The position numbers and the translations under genes were made by a program. Shown piece by piece: positions 30,995 to 41,160 of a DNA stretch of 64,000 nucleotides (the stretch's first letter is position 1; the number at the start of each line of letters is the position of its first letter). The notes under the pieces were generated by a model that made no database searches, was not told the DNA's origin, and saw only the letters and a list, made by a program, of their open reading frames with translations. Source of the DNA: Candidatus Poribacteria bacterium (GTDB taxonomy: Bacteria > Poribacteria > WGA-4E > JAJDTR01); assembly GCA_965222225.1 (NCBI GenBank), contig CBDCTK010000002.1, positions 640,001 through 704,000 of the forward strand, in the 5' to 3' direction.

Positions 30995-31075
30995 CCTCCA
31001 CCCTTTCCCAAGTTAATTCCGCGTAAAGATAGCTGAAACAACGAGGCATGTTAACCTTACATAACAGAACAGATT

Positions 31076-31091
31076 AGCAAAACACTTGCCA
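31076..31091 (-). promoter_or_regulatory. Sigma-54 (-24/-12) promoter upstream of nasT
   Basis: Minus strand TGGCAA-GTGTT-TTGCT matches TGGCAC-N5-TTGCW with correct spacing. Confidence 0.7.
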
Positions 31092-31219
31092 AAAGTATGA
31101 ATTCCTGATTTCTTTAGGGTTCATAAAGCTTCTACAAAACAGAAACCCCACGAAACGTCCGTGGGGAGTGAATTTTTGCCTGATTTTTTAGCAGAAAGCG
31201 ACCGTTTTTCCAGCGGATA

Positions 31220-31765
31220 AAGTAAATAGGCGAATTCTTTCGCCTGGATTATTCTCGCGTTACCGGCGTCAAGGTCGTCGGGTTCGGCAAGCCATGCGAT
31301 CGATGCCGCGTAACTCAAATTTAGACCTGACATCTTTTCCACGAATTCACTCACCTTGTCGAAACGTGACTTATGCTCCGCCTTAATCAATTCGCTCCGA
31401 CTCGTATCACGCCTCAGCGCTTCACAGATGTCTTTCCATCGTTCGTCTGTGTAGGATTCCGTCGCCGCCTCCCATGCGCTTCGCCCAGATATTGGTGACG
31501 ATGCCAAGTTTTTCGTACATGCGGGTCGCCTAAAGCCGTATTTGCCGCGCCGAGAATCTAAAAATTTGAAATTTCATTATTACATAACCTACGAACCGTT
31601 CAAACAGAGAAATCGCGATGTAGTATAGTCTCCACATCCCACCTAGAATCGAGTGGATTGTGGTTGTCCATCAAGATGTCAGACAATTCTGTCTTTGCTG
31701 CCAGCAGGTTGCGCGTCTAGTGTGAAGATAGTACATGAAGATTCACAAAACAATCCGCAACTAAA
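31220..31765 (-). pseudogene. Truncated, internally deleted second copy of the TIM-barrel gene (ATG 31520) with its upstream region
   Basis: Encodes 'YTDERWKDICEAL...LIKAEHK...FV.KMSGL.LSYAAS...AK.FAYLL', matching 22624-23535; about 140 bp are deleted and the 3' half is missing. Confidence 0.85.
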
Positions 31766-31816
31766 TGTATTGCTAACAGGAAATCGTATGGGGTAAAATA
31801 CATTATAAGCGATACC

Positions 31817-33085
31817 GTGTCGATACCGTATCTGTCCGTTATTGGAGTTCTACCCGATTTGAAAATTTTAACCAAATATACGCTTAAAGAGTTTTTCCCG
31901 CCCTTTTTCTTAGCGCTGCTCTGTTTTACCTCAATCCTCCTCTTTGACGAAGTATTCCGCCTTACCAAACACTTTGTGAAGAAGGGGATTAGTCCTTACT
32001 ATCTCATCGAACTCTTGATTTATCTTCTGCCCGTAGTCATTGTCTTGACGATTCCGATGGCAACACTCGTAGGCATCCTGCTCGCCCTTGGACGACTATC
32101 GACCGATAACGAAGTCACTGCAATGAAAGCACACGGTGTCGGATTTCATCAAATCCTCTTGCCACTTGTGCTGACCGCCACCTTTCTCAGCATCTTCGAC
32201 TTTGTGTTCATGGACTATTCTCTCCCACGTGGGAATGCTGCATACTTCGCAAGGAAACGCGATATCAGTATGAGAAATCCGGCTTTTGTACTTGAGGAAG
32301 GGGTCGTCATGCGTGAGCTCGAACGCGAACAAAAACTCTGGATGTATGAGTCAATGGATCCGCACACGAAACGGCTACAGAATGTCAGAGTTTGGGATTC
32401 AATATGGGGTGGAAAACCTCGATTCATCCATGCCAAGGAAGCAACTATCGGGATTGAAGAGGACGGTCAGGCATGGTTGGCGCTCTTTGATGGCATGACT
32501 TATGAAACGGCTTCCGACAATCTTCAGGGTTTTCGCGTCACCGCTTTCGATAAACAGCGAGTCGCATTGGATTTTACCGAGGCATTGGAGCGAAATAAAT
32601 ATAATGCCCAAAGACCGAAAGGTATGTCGATCGCCGGGCTCAAGGACTATATCAAGAAGAAACAGGAAGCAGCAGCAGACGCCAAAGAGGGATCTTTCGT
32701 TATTGAGCAGTTTCGGGACGCACAAGCCGAGTACCACAAAAGATTCTCGATTCCGTTTGCATGTTTGGCGTTCGGTCTAATTGGCGTTCCGCTTGGGTTG
32801 ATAGTCAAGCGGAGTGGCAAGATGGTCGGTTTTGGTATCGGATTGGGACTGATTCTCGTATATTATCTATTGCTCCAGTTTGGCCAAGGTTGGGTGGGAC
32901 GAAACAGCGTTATTTCACCGTGGCTCGCCATGTGGCTTCCCAACATCGTGATTGGGGCGTTAGGAGTCGGCTTCAGTCTGCACGCAATACTGGGAGAAAG
33001 GCTACGAGCGAAGTTTTATCGCCAGGAAATCATAACTTCGGCACATCTTGGAGCAAACGCCAAGCGAGTAGGAGAATCGGATTGA
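31817..33085 (+). CDS. lptF: LPS export ABC permease, LptF/LptG family (start probably TTG 31859)
   Basis: 'LGRLSTDNEVTAMKAHG', 'EYHKRFSIPFAC', 'AMWLPN'; first gene of a tandem pair. Confidence 0.85.
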   Translation: MSIPYLSVIGVLPDLKILTKYTLKEFFPPFFLALLCFTSILLFDEVFRLTKHFVKKGISPYYLIELLIYLLPVVIVLTIPMATLVGILLALGRLSTDNEVTAMKAHGVGFHQILLPLVLTATFLSIFDFVFMDYSLPRGNAAYFARKRDISMRNPAFVLEEGVVMRELEREQKLWMYESMDPHTKRLQNVRVWDSIWGGKPRFIHAKEATIGIEEDGQAWLALFDGMTYETASDNLQGFRVTAFDKQRVALDFTEALERNKYNAQRPKGMSIAGLKDYIKKKQEAAADAKEGSFVIEQFRDAQAEYHKRFSIPFACLAFGLIGVPLGLIVKRSGKMVGFGIGLGLILVYYLLLQFGQGWVGRNSVISPWLAMWLPNIVIGALGVGFSLHAILGERLRAKFYRQEIITSAHLGANAKRVGESD

Positions 33086-34143
33086 GGACGCTAGATCGCT
33101 ATATTTTGGCGGAATACTTAAGGGCTTTTTTTAGCGGACTGTTTTTTTTCATCGCGCTGGTGATTATCGTCCGTTTGCTGGATAAAGACATAAAGAAGTT
33201 CGACGACGATATTGCATACGTCACGGCTGTGCAAATTGTATTGTACCAAGCACCTAGACGAATAATGGAGGTCGTGCCGCTCGCCGGATTTATCGCTGCC
33301 TTCTTTGTCTTGGGCAGAATGGTACGCAATAACGAATTTTCGTCAATGAAGGCAGCGGGAATAAGCGTCTACCGCATCGTAGCCCCGATTTTTATTTCTA
33401 CGCTGCTGATTTGTTGCATTTTCGCTGTTTTTTATGACCGGATCGCGTCGCCAGCCTATCATCGAGCCAATGAGTTGAAGAAGCAGCCAAGATTCCGCGG
33501 AAACCGGAATATGCTGTTTAAGGGACAGGGAAATCGATTGTTTTATGTTCAGAATTTAGATCTGGAGCGTGAGAGTATTAGTCGAATGACGATTTATCAG
33601 CTTGATGCGGCGGATAATCTTGCCAAAATTACTTTTGCGGAATCAGCCACGTGGAAACCAGAGAAATGGCATCTCGTGAAAGGATTTGTGCGTCGGTTTA
33701 GTCCGGATGGAGAGACAGAGTTCGAGCCGTTCGTCCATAAACAGGTTGAACGGCTGGAAGACCCCAAACTCTTCGCGGAAAACAACAGAGATCCGCGTGC
33801 AATGACGATTAAGGAACTGCGAAACCAGATTGCCTATAAACAGATGGTAGGGCAAACCACCCGAATCGAACAGGTCAGGATGCACCACAAGATGGCGTAC
33901 CCTTTTGCTGCGTTAGTGGTTGTTCTAATCGGTGCGCCAATCGCTATCCGATTTGGCAAAGCGGGCTTTTTTGCCGGTCTGGTCATTGCGTTTTTTCTCA
34001 GTTTTTTGTATTGGGGACTATCTTTTGCAACCCTCGAAGGCTTGAGTGAAAGTGGAAAACTCCCACCCTTGGTGGCTTGCTGGGGAGCAAATTTTTTGTA
34101 TGCGGCTGTCGGCGGGATATTACTCTGGAAAACTCCGAAGTAA
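33082..34143 (+). CDS. lptG: LPS export ABC permease, LptF/LptG family
   Basis: 'LDRYI', 'GRMVRNNEFSSMKAAGIS', 'HKMAYPF'; TTG start overlaps the lptF stop, with a GGAG RBS. Confidence 0.85.
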   Translation: MRTLDRYILAEYLRAFFSGLFFFIALVIIVRLLDKDIKKFDDDIAYVTAVQIVLYQAPRRIMEVVPLAGFIAAFFVLGRMVRNNEFSSMKAAGISVYRIVAPIFISTLLICCIFAVFYDRIASPAYHRANELKKQPRFRGNRNMLFKGQGNRLFYVQNLDLERESISRMTIYQLDAADNLAKITFAESATWKPEKWHLVKGFVRRFSPDGETEFEPFVHKQVERLEDPKLFAENNRDPRAMTIKELRNQIAYKQMVGQTTRIEQVRMHHKMAYPFAALVVVLIGAPIAIRFGKAGFFAGLVIAFFLSFLYWGLSFATLEGLSESGKLPPLVACWGANFLYAAVGGILLWKTPK

Positions 34144-34205
34144 GACGTCAGATTTCACAGCGATAAGTCGCATTCAAGATTATCTCGTTTCGCAGCACAT
34201 GATTA

Positions 34206-34793
34206 ATGCCAAACCGCCCGGACGCCTCAAGAATTGGTCACGTCTTCTTCCGGCTACGTAGTCTGACCCCCATTCCCTTTATTCTCATTCTGATTTTCTT
34301 TTCTCAACCTACGCCTTTACCAATTGTTCTCGGCAGCCTGCTGATTGTTCTTGGTGAGTGGCTTCGCATTTGGGCGGTAGGATATGCCGGCGGTTCAACG
34401 AGGACTCGGACATTAGGTGCCGCCCGCGATCTTGTGACGACGGGCCCCTATGCACATGTCCGCAATCCGCTATACCTCGGTAATCTCATTCTTAGTGTCG
34501 GTGTCTGCGTCGTTGCCAATGTCTACTGGATGATTGCCGTTCTTACCATCGGCTTCCTAATCCAATACACACCGATTATACGTTCCGAAGAAACCTACTT
34601 GTTGGACGTGTGTGGAGATCGTTACCGAGCCTATTGTGCTGCCGTGCCTCGTCTCATTCCACATCTTCGTCCGTATGCTGAACCTTCTGGTCACGATTTT
34701 TCACTGCGCCGTGCGCTAACGAGTGAAAATCGAACACTTACCGCGATTGGGTGTGTTGTCATCTTAATCGCCGCCAGATCATTCCTATGGTAA
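34206..34793 (+). CDS. Isoprenylcysteine carboxyl methyltransferase family membrane protein
   Basis: 'LVTTGPYAHVRNPLYLGN', 'EE..L', 'Y..Y...VPR'. Confidence 0.85.
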   Translation: MPNRPDASRIGHVFFRLRSLTPIPFILILIFFSQPTPLPIVLGSLLIVLGEWLRIWAVGYAGGSTRTRTLGAARDLVTTGPYAHVRNPLYLGNLILSVGVCVVANVYWMIAVLTIGFLIQYTPIIRSEETYLLDVCGDRYRAYCAAVPRLIPHLRPYAEPSGHDFSLRRALTSENRTLTAIGCVVILIAARSFLW

Positions 34794-35198
34794 ACGCGAG
34801 GCAAGCTTGCACGACACTGCCGTCTTATCTCAAGTTCTTCGACTACTCGTTCAGTACATAATCTAAATGAACGCAATTTCTAGGAGCTTGCTATTTGATT
34901 CAAGACTAACGGATTCTGGCTTATCCTCTCTGTGTTATCTCTTTGTCTTCTCACCAATGGGAGTTGTATCTGGAGTCCGTTGATTGCACTATGGCTTTTC
35001 GCTCCGAACCTAGTCCCTACGCTATGCCCAGCGAACAACACCCCTATTTAATCTTTGAAGATTGCACGCCGTTCAGGCGGATAGCTATGATTGTCCAATG
35101 CGATTATGGGACGGCACAGTGGAAAAATCTCTATCGCCCTCGTTGTTCACTCAGTTGATCCCTACAATCAGGTGTCCTTGGCTTCTCACTTGTTTTTC

Positions 35199-35227
35199 TT
35201 GCGGATTGTGTACGGATTCGTTATAAT
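35199..35227 (+). promoter_or_regulatory. Sigma-70 promoter for rex
   Basis: TTGCGG-17 nt-TATAAT just upstream of the rex ORF. Confidence 0.6.
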
Positions 35228-35238
35228 GTAATCCATTC

Positions 35239-35913
35239 TTGAGGTTTCTGCGGTACGTCCAGGTGCAAGCACTCCGGTTAACCAATAATCCCGATGCGGT
35301 CTCTGAAGGCACAGTCACCCGTCTCTCCTTATATTCACGACTCCTCACGGTATTGGAGGCAGAAGGTTTAACCGTTATCTCTTCAAAAGAGCTGTCGGAC
35401 CGAATGCAGTTTACCGCGACCCAAATTCGGAGAGACCTCGCTTGTTTCGGCCAATTCGGCAAACGTGGAATCGGTTATCAAATCTCCGACCTGAAACGTG
35501 CAATCAATAAGATTCTAGGTGTCCATCTTCGCCGGAAGGTTGTTCTCGTCGGGGTCGGAAATTTGGGCAGTGCATTACTCGGTTATCGTGTGTTGTGCGA
35601 CCACAATTTTGAAATCGTTGCGGCGTTTGATAACGACCCGCAGAAATGGGCTCAGGAAATTAATACTGTCCTGATTCAAAAGCCTGAACAACTTCCGGAA
35701 ACCGTGCGGTCACAACAGATAGAAATTGGAATCATCGCGGTTCCTGTCGAGGGTGCACACGAAGCATTGAATCTACTTGTTTCATCCGGTATTCGCGCCA
35801 TACTCAATTTCGCCCCTGCTCAACTTGCTACGCCTCGAAATGTGCAACTGCGAAACGTTGATTTGTCCATAGAGCTTGAGGGGCTTTCCTATTTTCTAGA
35901 ACAAGATAGCTAG
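35239..35913 (+). CDS. rex: Redox-sensing transcriptional repressor Rex
   Basis: 'RLSLYSR', 'ISSKEL', 'QIRRDLACFGQFGKRGIGY', 'GVGNLG', 'ILNFAP'. Confidence 0.95.
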   Translation: MRFLRYVQVQALRLTNNPDAVSEGTVTRLSLYSRLLTVLEAEGLTVISSKELSDRMQFTATQIRRDLACFGQFGKRGIGYQISDLKRAINKILGVHLRRKVVLVGVGNLGSALLGYRVLCDHNFEIVAAFDNDPQKWAQEINTVLIQKPEQLPETVRSQQIEIGIIAVPVEGAHEALNLLVSSGIRAILNFAPAQLATPRNVQLRNVDLSIELEGLSYFLEQDS

Positions 35914-35998
35914 GCATATTGTGCGTGGGAAGCTATGTCCTTAGTTTCAGGACGACCGAGCTGCCGGGTATCGAGCGTTCGATGATGTAGGTTTCAAA

Positions 35999-36033
35999 CA
36001 GATAGTTAATCCGCGCAGATAGTTAATCCGCGC
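35999..36033 (+). repeat. Perfect 17-bp tandem duplication before the hemB RBS
   Basis: CAGATAGTTAATCCGCG occurs twice in tandem. Confidence 0.9.
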
Positions 36034-36039
36034 CTAGGA

Positions 36040-37029
36040 GTGGACATGAGTCATTTTCCCATTTCTCGCCCCAGACGGCTCCGCGCCGATGAAAACCTGC
36101 GCCGACTTACTCGGGAAACGGCGATTTCGACGGACGACTTGATTTATCCTATGTTCGTCGTTCACGGACACGATGTTGCCATCGAAATTTCATCCATGCC
36201 CGGGTGCTATCAATATTCGGTGGATCGCCTTGTTACCGCCGCCAAAGAGTTAGTGATGCTCGGCATACCGGGGACAATTCTATTTGGCATTCCCGATTTC
36301 AAAGACGCCCTCGGATCGGAAGCCTATGCGGACGATGGAATCATACAGCAGGCGATCAGGGCTCTCAAGAATGCAGTTCCGGAGTTGCTTGTTATTACCG
36401 ATGTATGTCTGTGCGAGTATACAGATCATGGACATTGCGGTGTCATTCAGGACAGGGACGTACTAAACGATCGAACATTGGAGTTGCTCGCCAAGGAAAG
36501 CCTATCTCATGCGCGTGCAGGCGCGGATGTCATTGCGCCTTCCGACATGATGGATGGTCGTGTCGGCACAATTCGAGCTGCCTTGGACGAAAACGGATAC
36601 GAAAGTATTCCCATCTTGGCATACTCTGCAAAATACGCCTCCGCTTTCTACGGACCGTTTCGGGAAGCAGCGGAATCGGCGCCGCAATTTGGTGACCGCC
36701 GCTCGTATCAGATGGATCCACCCAACGCCGAGGAAGCCTTGCGCGAAGTAGCGTTGGATATTGAGGAAGGAGCCGACATCGTTATGGTCAAACCGGCGCT
36801 CTCCTATCTAGACGTTATCTGCCGTGTGAAGGATAGGTTTAAGATGCCGGTTGCGGCGTACAATGTCAGCGGCGAATATGCGATGATTAAAGCGGCTGCC
36901 CAACAGGGATGGATTGACGAGAAACGCGTCGCGCTTGAAGTGCTCACGAGCATTAAGCGCGCAGGCGCGGATATGATTCTAACATACTTCGCCAAATCGG
37001 TTGCAGAATGGCTCAGGAATGATAATTAA
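36040..37029 (+). CDS. hemB: Porphobilinogen synthase
   Basis: '[14 protein letters not shown]', 'APSDMMDGR', 'MVKPAL', 'AYNVSGEY'. Confidence 0.98.
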   Translation: MDMSHFPISRPRRLRADENLRRLTRETAISTDDLIYPMFVVHGHDVAIEISSMPGCYQYSVDRLVTAAKELVMLGIPGTILFGIPDFKDALGSEAYADDGIIQQAIRALKNAVPELLVITDVCLCEYTDHGHCGVIQDRDVLNDRTLELLAKESLSHARAGADVIAPSDMMDGRVGTIRAALDENGYESIPILAYSAKYASAFYGPFREAAESAPQFGDRRSYQMDPPNAEEALREVALDIEEGADIVMVKPALSYLDVICRVKDRFKMPVAAYNVSGEYAMIKAAAQQGWIDEKRVALEVLTSIKRAGADMILTYFAKSVAEWLRNDN

Positions 37030-37071
37030 CCCGGTATTACGGAAACAGTTCCATAGTACCTACCAGATTAG

Positions 37072-38370
37072 TTGAGGGAAGATATTTTGAACAACGCCAA
37101 ATCCCTAGAAGCGTGGGATAAATCCCAGCACTTCATTCCCGGCGGAGTGAATAGCCCGGTACGCAACTTCAGCAAAGTTGGCGGCAACCCCCGTTTTATT
37201 CGGCGCGGGGCAGGCTCAAGGGTCTACGATATTGACGGGAATCAGTATATCGACTATGTGGCATCGTGGGGACCTCTTATCTTAGGCCATGCAGATCCAC
37301 GTGTGATAGAAGCCATCAAAGGAACGATGGTCAACGGTACCAGTTTCGGCGCTCCGACGACGCTAGAGACGGAACTGGCGGAAATCATTGTTAATGCCGT
37401 TCCGTCTATAGAGAAGGTGCGAATGGTCAGCTCCGGAACAGAGGCGACGATGAGCGCCATTCGATTGGCGCGGGGATATACGGGACGCGACAAGGTGATT
37501 AAAATCGAAGGATGTTATCATGGCCACGTTGATTCACTCCTCGCCGAAGCCGGATCGGGCGTCGCAACGTTTGGGCTACCCGAATGTGAGGGGATTCCAG
37601 CGGACTTCACAAGACATACCCTCGTTGTTCCATTTAATGATGCGAATGCAGTTCGCCGGACAATTGAAGCGCACCCGGATCAGATTGCGTGCCTTATTCT
37701 TGAACCCATAATGGGGAATATGGGAATTATTCCCCCGCAAGACGGGTATTTGAACGAATTGCGAGAGATAACATCTGAACACGGTGTAGTACTCATCTTC
37801 GACGAAGTGATTACCGGTTTCCGCGTCGCTTATGGTGGTGCACAATCACTATACGGTGTTATCCCTGATTTGACTTGTTTGGGAAAAATCATCGGAGGTG
37901 GAATGCCTGTCGGAGCATATGGCGGAAAAGAGGAAATCATGCGGCATATCGCGCCGGAAGGGGATGTCTATCAAGCGGGCACTTTATCCGGAAATCCGTT
38001 GGCAGTGTCTGCCGGAATTGCAGCTCTGAAAGCCCTTACCGAGCCGGGTGTGTATGAACAACTCGAAAGTAGGGCAAGTCAACTGGCAGACGGACTTCAA
38101 GATGCAACGGAACGCCACGCTATTGATGCTTTCCACAGTCGCGTCGGTTCAATGTTGATGCTGTTTTTTACTGACGCGGAGGTTACCAATGCCGATGGCG
38201 CGAGGACATCGGATACAGAACGCTATAGTCGATATTTTGGCGAGTTGCTGGAAAGAGGAGTTTACGTTGCCCCGTCTCAGTTTGAGGCTGGCTTTGTGTC
38301 GTTAACTCACTCCGAGACGGACATAGATGCAACCGTGCGTGCTGCGAATGAAGCGTTATCCACACTGTAG
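37072..38370 (+). CDS. hemL: Glutamate-1-semialdehyde 2,1-aminomutase
   Basis: 'PGGVNSPVR', 'SSGTEATM', 'FDEVITGFR', 'GKIIGGG', 'YQAGTLSGNP'. Confidence 0.98.
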   Translation: MREDILNNAKSLEAWDKSQHFIPGGVNSPVRNFSKVGGNPRFIRRGAGSRVYDIDGNQYIDYVASWGPLILGHADPRVIEAIKGTMVNGTSFGAPTTLETELAEIIVNAVPSIEKVRMVSSGTEATMSAIRLARGYTGRDKVIKIEGCYHGHVDSLLAEAGSGVATFGLPECEGIPADFTRHTLVVPFNDANAVRRTIEAHPDQIACLILEPIMGNMGIIPPQDGYLNELREITSEHGVVLIFDEVITGFRVAYGGAQSLYGVIPDLTCLGKIIGGGMPVGAYGGKEEIMRHIAPEGDVYQAGTLSGNPLAVSAGIAALKALTEPGVYEQLESRASQLADGLQDATERHAIDAFHSRVGSMLMLFFTDAEVTNADGARTSDTERYSRYFGELLERGVYVAPSQFEAGFVSLTHSETDIDATVRAANEALSTL

Positions 38371-38800
38371 CTGAGAAGTCAAGCAAGTTTCAGTATTCAA
38401 GTTTATCTTCGGAAGCGACTAAGAAGAATAGGATTGGAAGGATGGAAAAATGGAAGATTCCCTCCACGCCACCTCCAATCCCCTGAGAAAATGATGGGTC
38501 TGTTGTTCTTCTAGAAACATGCTGCTCCGTTGGAGCAGAAGAACAAAACAATCGGTATTCTACAGACGTACAAGATCCCATCTTCGATTTGATGATCGAA
38601 GATCTCCTCTGGAGTGAAGGCGCGGAAGCTAAGTAGCTAGGTTAAAATCTGCAAGATTTGTCAATCCAGCTGAATCGGTTTGGACTTAGATCGAAATGTA
38701 AGTTCATTTTTTGAAAGTTGCTTAAGAATTTGAAAAAATTGAATTTCGAGTTTCCCCCGATACTGCCCCAGTCTTCTTTATCCGCAAGACAGGAAGGAAG

Positions 38801-39790
38801 TTGATGTCAACCCCTAGCCTTGATAGTATTTGTGAACCCATTTCCGTTGACCTCGCGGCTGTCGAGAAAAAACTGAGTGAAAAAACTGCGAGTGAATACG
38901 ATTTTGTGGATAGCGCTGTTCAACACGTTGTGCAAGGAGGCGGCAAACGGTTACGTCCAATCCTGCTTTTGCTTTCTGCCAAAGCCTGCGGGTACAAAGG
39001 TGAGGACGCTCACACACTTGCGGCGGTTGTTGAATTAATTCACGTTGCCTCCCTTGTCCATGATGATGTTCTAGATGAGGCGCCCCGCCGCCGTGGACGA
39101 GAAACGCTGCACTCAAAATGGGGAAACAAGGTCGCGGTACTTGTGGGAGATTACTTGCACGCTCGTGTCCTTTCAATGTTGGTTGATCGACATGCCGAGG
39201 ATCCCGCCATGGCAATTCTTGCGCGCACAACACAAGCCATGTGCGAAGGCGAAGTCATTCACGCCTATAAGAGCGGGGAATTTGACATTCCGGCGGATGA
39301 CTACTTCAAGATTATAAACTTGAAGACAGGAGAATTGATTACCGCGTCGTGCGCAATGGGAGCAATTATAGGAACTCGGAATGAGAAAATTATCCAAGAT
39401 GTGACAGAATACGGCCAAGCTGTCGGAGCGGCATTTCAGATTATTGACGACTTGCTCGACTTCGTAGCGGACGGAGAAAAATTGGGGAAGGAACCCTTTA
39501 ACGATCTCCGTGAGGGCAAATTGACGTTTCCCATGATCCACCTACGCGGGGTTTGTACAACTGAGGAGAGTAGAAAGTTAGAACAGATCTTTAACTCGGA
39601 AATCGACGAGGATGGGGCAATTGAATGGATTGAATCCTTGCTTCTTCGGTATGATATACAGGCTCACTGCCGTTGCATTGCGGAGGAATACGCGAATCGC
39701 GCGAAATCTGCGTTGATAGCATTGCCTGCGTCATCCGCCAAGGACGCACTACAGCAGCTTGCGGATTATGGGGCATCTAGGGAGTGGTGA
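38801..39790 (+). CDS. Polyprenyl diphosphate synthase (IspB/HepT-like)
   Basis: 'GGKRLRP', 'LVHDDVLD', 'FQIIDDLLD', 'DLREGK'. Confidence 0.93.
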   Translation: MMSTPSLDSICEPISVDLAAVEKKLSEKTASEYDFVDSAVQHVVQGGGKRLRPILLLLSAKACGYKGEDAHTLAAVVELIHVASLVHDDVLDEAPRRRGRETLHSKWGNKVAVLVGDYLHARVLSMLVDRHAEDPAMAILARTTQAMCEGEVIHAYKSGEFDIPADDYFKIINLKTGELITASCAMGAIIGTRNEKIIQDVTEYGQAVGAAFQIIDDLLDFVADGEKLGKEPFNDLREGKLTFPMIHLRGVCTTEESRKLEQIFNSEIDEDGAIEWIESLLLRYDIQAHCRCIAEEYANRAKSALIALPASSAKDALQQLADYGASREW

Positions 39791-39854
39791 AGCGCCAAGC
39801 CTAATTCGTAATAACAGAGACTGAAAACTTCTTGTTTCTTGTGTCGTTTTATTT

Positions 39855-41111
39855 TTGTTGAATTTTCTTACTCGTCGGACCTTACCTGCCGCGTGTCATG
39901 CCATGTTCTACCCCGCTCATTTTAACCTTCACAATCGAAAATGCATTGTTGTTGGAGGCGGCACGGTTGCCGAGCGTAAGGTAGTTTCTCTTCTGCTAAG
40001 CGGAGGGGTTGTAACGCTAATAAGTCCTCAGGCGACGACGTTTCTTGAGTCCTTGGCGAAGGTTGGTCAAATTGTCTGGCATAGTCGTCAATTTCGAGCG
40101 GGTGACACGGACGGGATGTTTCTCGTATGCGCCGCGACAGATTTCCCCGAAATCAATTCGTCGGTGTTTGAGGATGCCTACAACAGGAACGGTATCCGTC
40201 TAGTAAACGTCGTAGATGTAATTCCCGAATGCACGTTTGCTGCCGCGTCCGTGGTTGTATGCGACGATGTGAGCATTAGTATTTCGACGAGTGGAAAAAG
40301 CCCCGCCATGTCGAGGCGGATTCGGGAGTACCTTGAATCAAGATTCGGCGCGTCGTCACTGTATACCGAGGAATCCGATAAGAAACGACCGGTTCCCATC
40401 GAATATCGACAACTGCCGTATCCGGTCTATCTACTATTGAAGGGGCGGGAGTGTGTTCTGGTTTGTGCCTCCACACAGGCGAGTCTGGAGATGAAGCGCC
40501 GTGTGTCACTGTTAGAGCGATCCGGTGCGTTTATCACGCAGTTGACGACATCGCAAGTCAGTCCACAGAGAATATCCGATGCTTTTCTCGTTTTGGATGA
40601 GTCAGGGTGTGAACCCACAGTTTTTCCAGAAGATGCGTCACAGCCTCGCGAATACCTCGGTGACCCGCAAGCCGGAGAGTTCGTTACGCCAGAATTGATA
40701 ATGGATGAGGGCTTAATTATCAGTGTTTCGACTCAAGACGAAAACCCGAAAGAACAAAACAGAGCCCGGAAAATCCATGCTGAACTTGCAGGTCAATTTG
40801 AAAACACAGGATACGGAGCGTTCGTCAAATTTTTAGGTTATCTACGACCAATCGCACTTGAAGCAATTCCAACGCAACGCGGGCGGCAAAGGTTTTTCGA
40901 CACGTTGATTGACTATGTTCCCCATCATGAATCAAGCACGATGCCGAGGGAACGGTTGAGGTGTTGTCTCGGATTCGCAAACCCCGATTGTTCGACGGAA
41001 TGTGTCTTCAACATGGTTCGCAATGGACGGATTGAATATGCTCAACAATTCGCACTTGAACGAATTGAAAGTGAGAGGCCGCATTCCTCAGTTGGAAACA
41101 GACTCACCTAG
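39855..41111 (+). CDS. Precorrin-2 dehydrogenase/sirohydrochlorin ferrochelatase (SirC/CysG-N) with an internal degenerate duplication; start probably 39903
   Basis: 'YPAHFNL..RKCIVVGGGTVAERK', 'VNVVD...CTF', 'ISTSGKSP'; a second copy begins 'YPVYLLLKGRECVLV'. Confidence 0.85.
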   Translation: MLNFLTRRTLPAACHAMFYPAHFNLHNRKCIVVGGGTVAERKVVSLLLSGGVVTLISPQATTFLESLAKVGQIVWHSRQFRAGDTDGMFLVCAATDFPEINSSVFEDAYNRNGIRLVNVVDVIPECTFAAASVVVCDDVSISISTSGKSPAMSRRIREYLESRFGASSLYTEESDKKRPVPIEYRQLPYPVYLLLKGRECVLVCASTQASLEMKRRVSLLERSGAFITQLTTSQVSPQRISDAFLVLDESGCEPTVFPEDASQPREYLGDPQAGEFVTPELIMDEGLIISVSTQDENPKEQNRARKIHAELAGQFENTGYGAFVKFLGYLRPIALEAIPTQRGRQRFFDTLIDYVPHHESSTMPRERLRCCLGFANPDCSTECVFNMVRNGRIEYAQQFALERIESERPHSSVGNRLT

Positions 41112-41160
41112 AATAAACAGGTAAAAACTAAACGCATCATGAATTAGGCATCACCTCGCG

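Noticed and set aside
32761-33081. N-terminal extension of lptG in the ORF track
   Set aside because: It overlaps lptF in another frame; family similarity and the RBS begin at TTG 33082.
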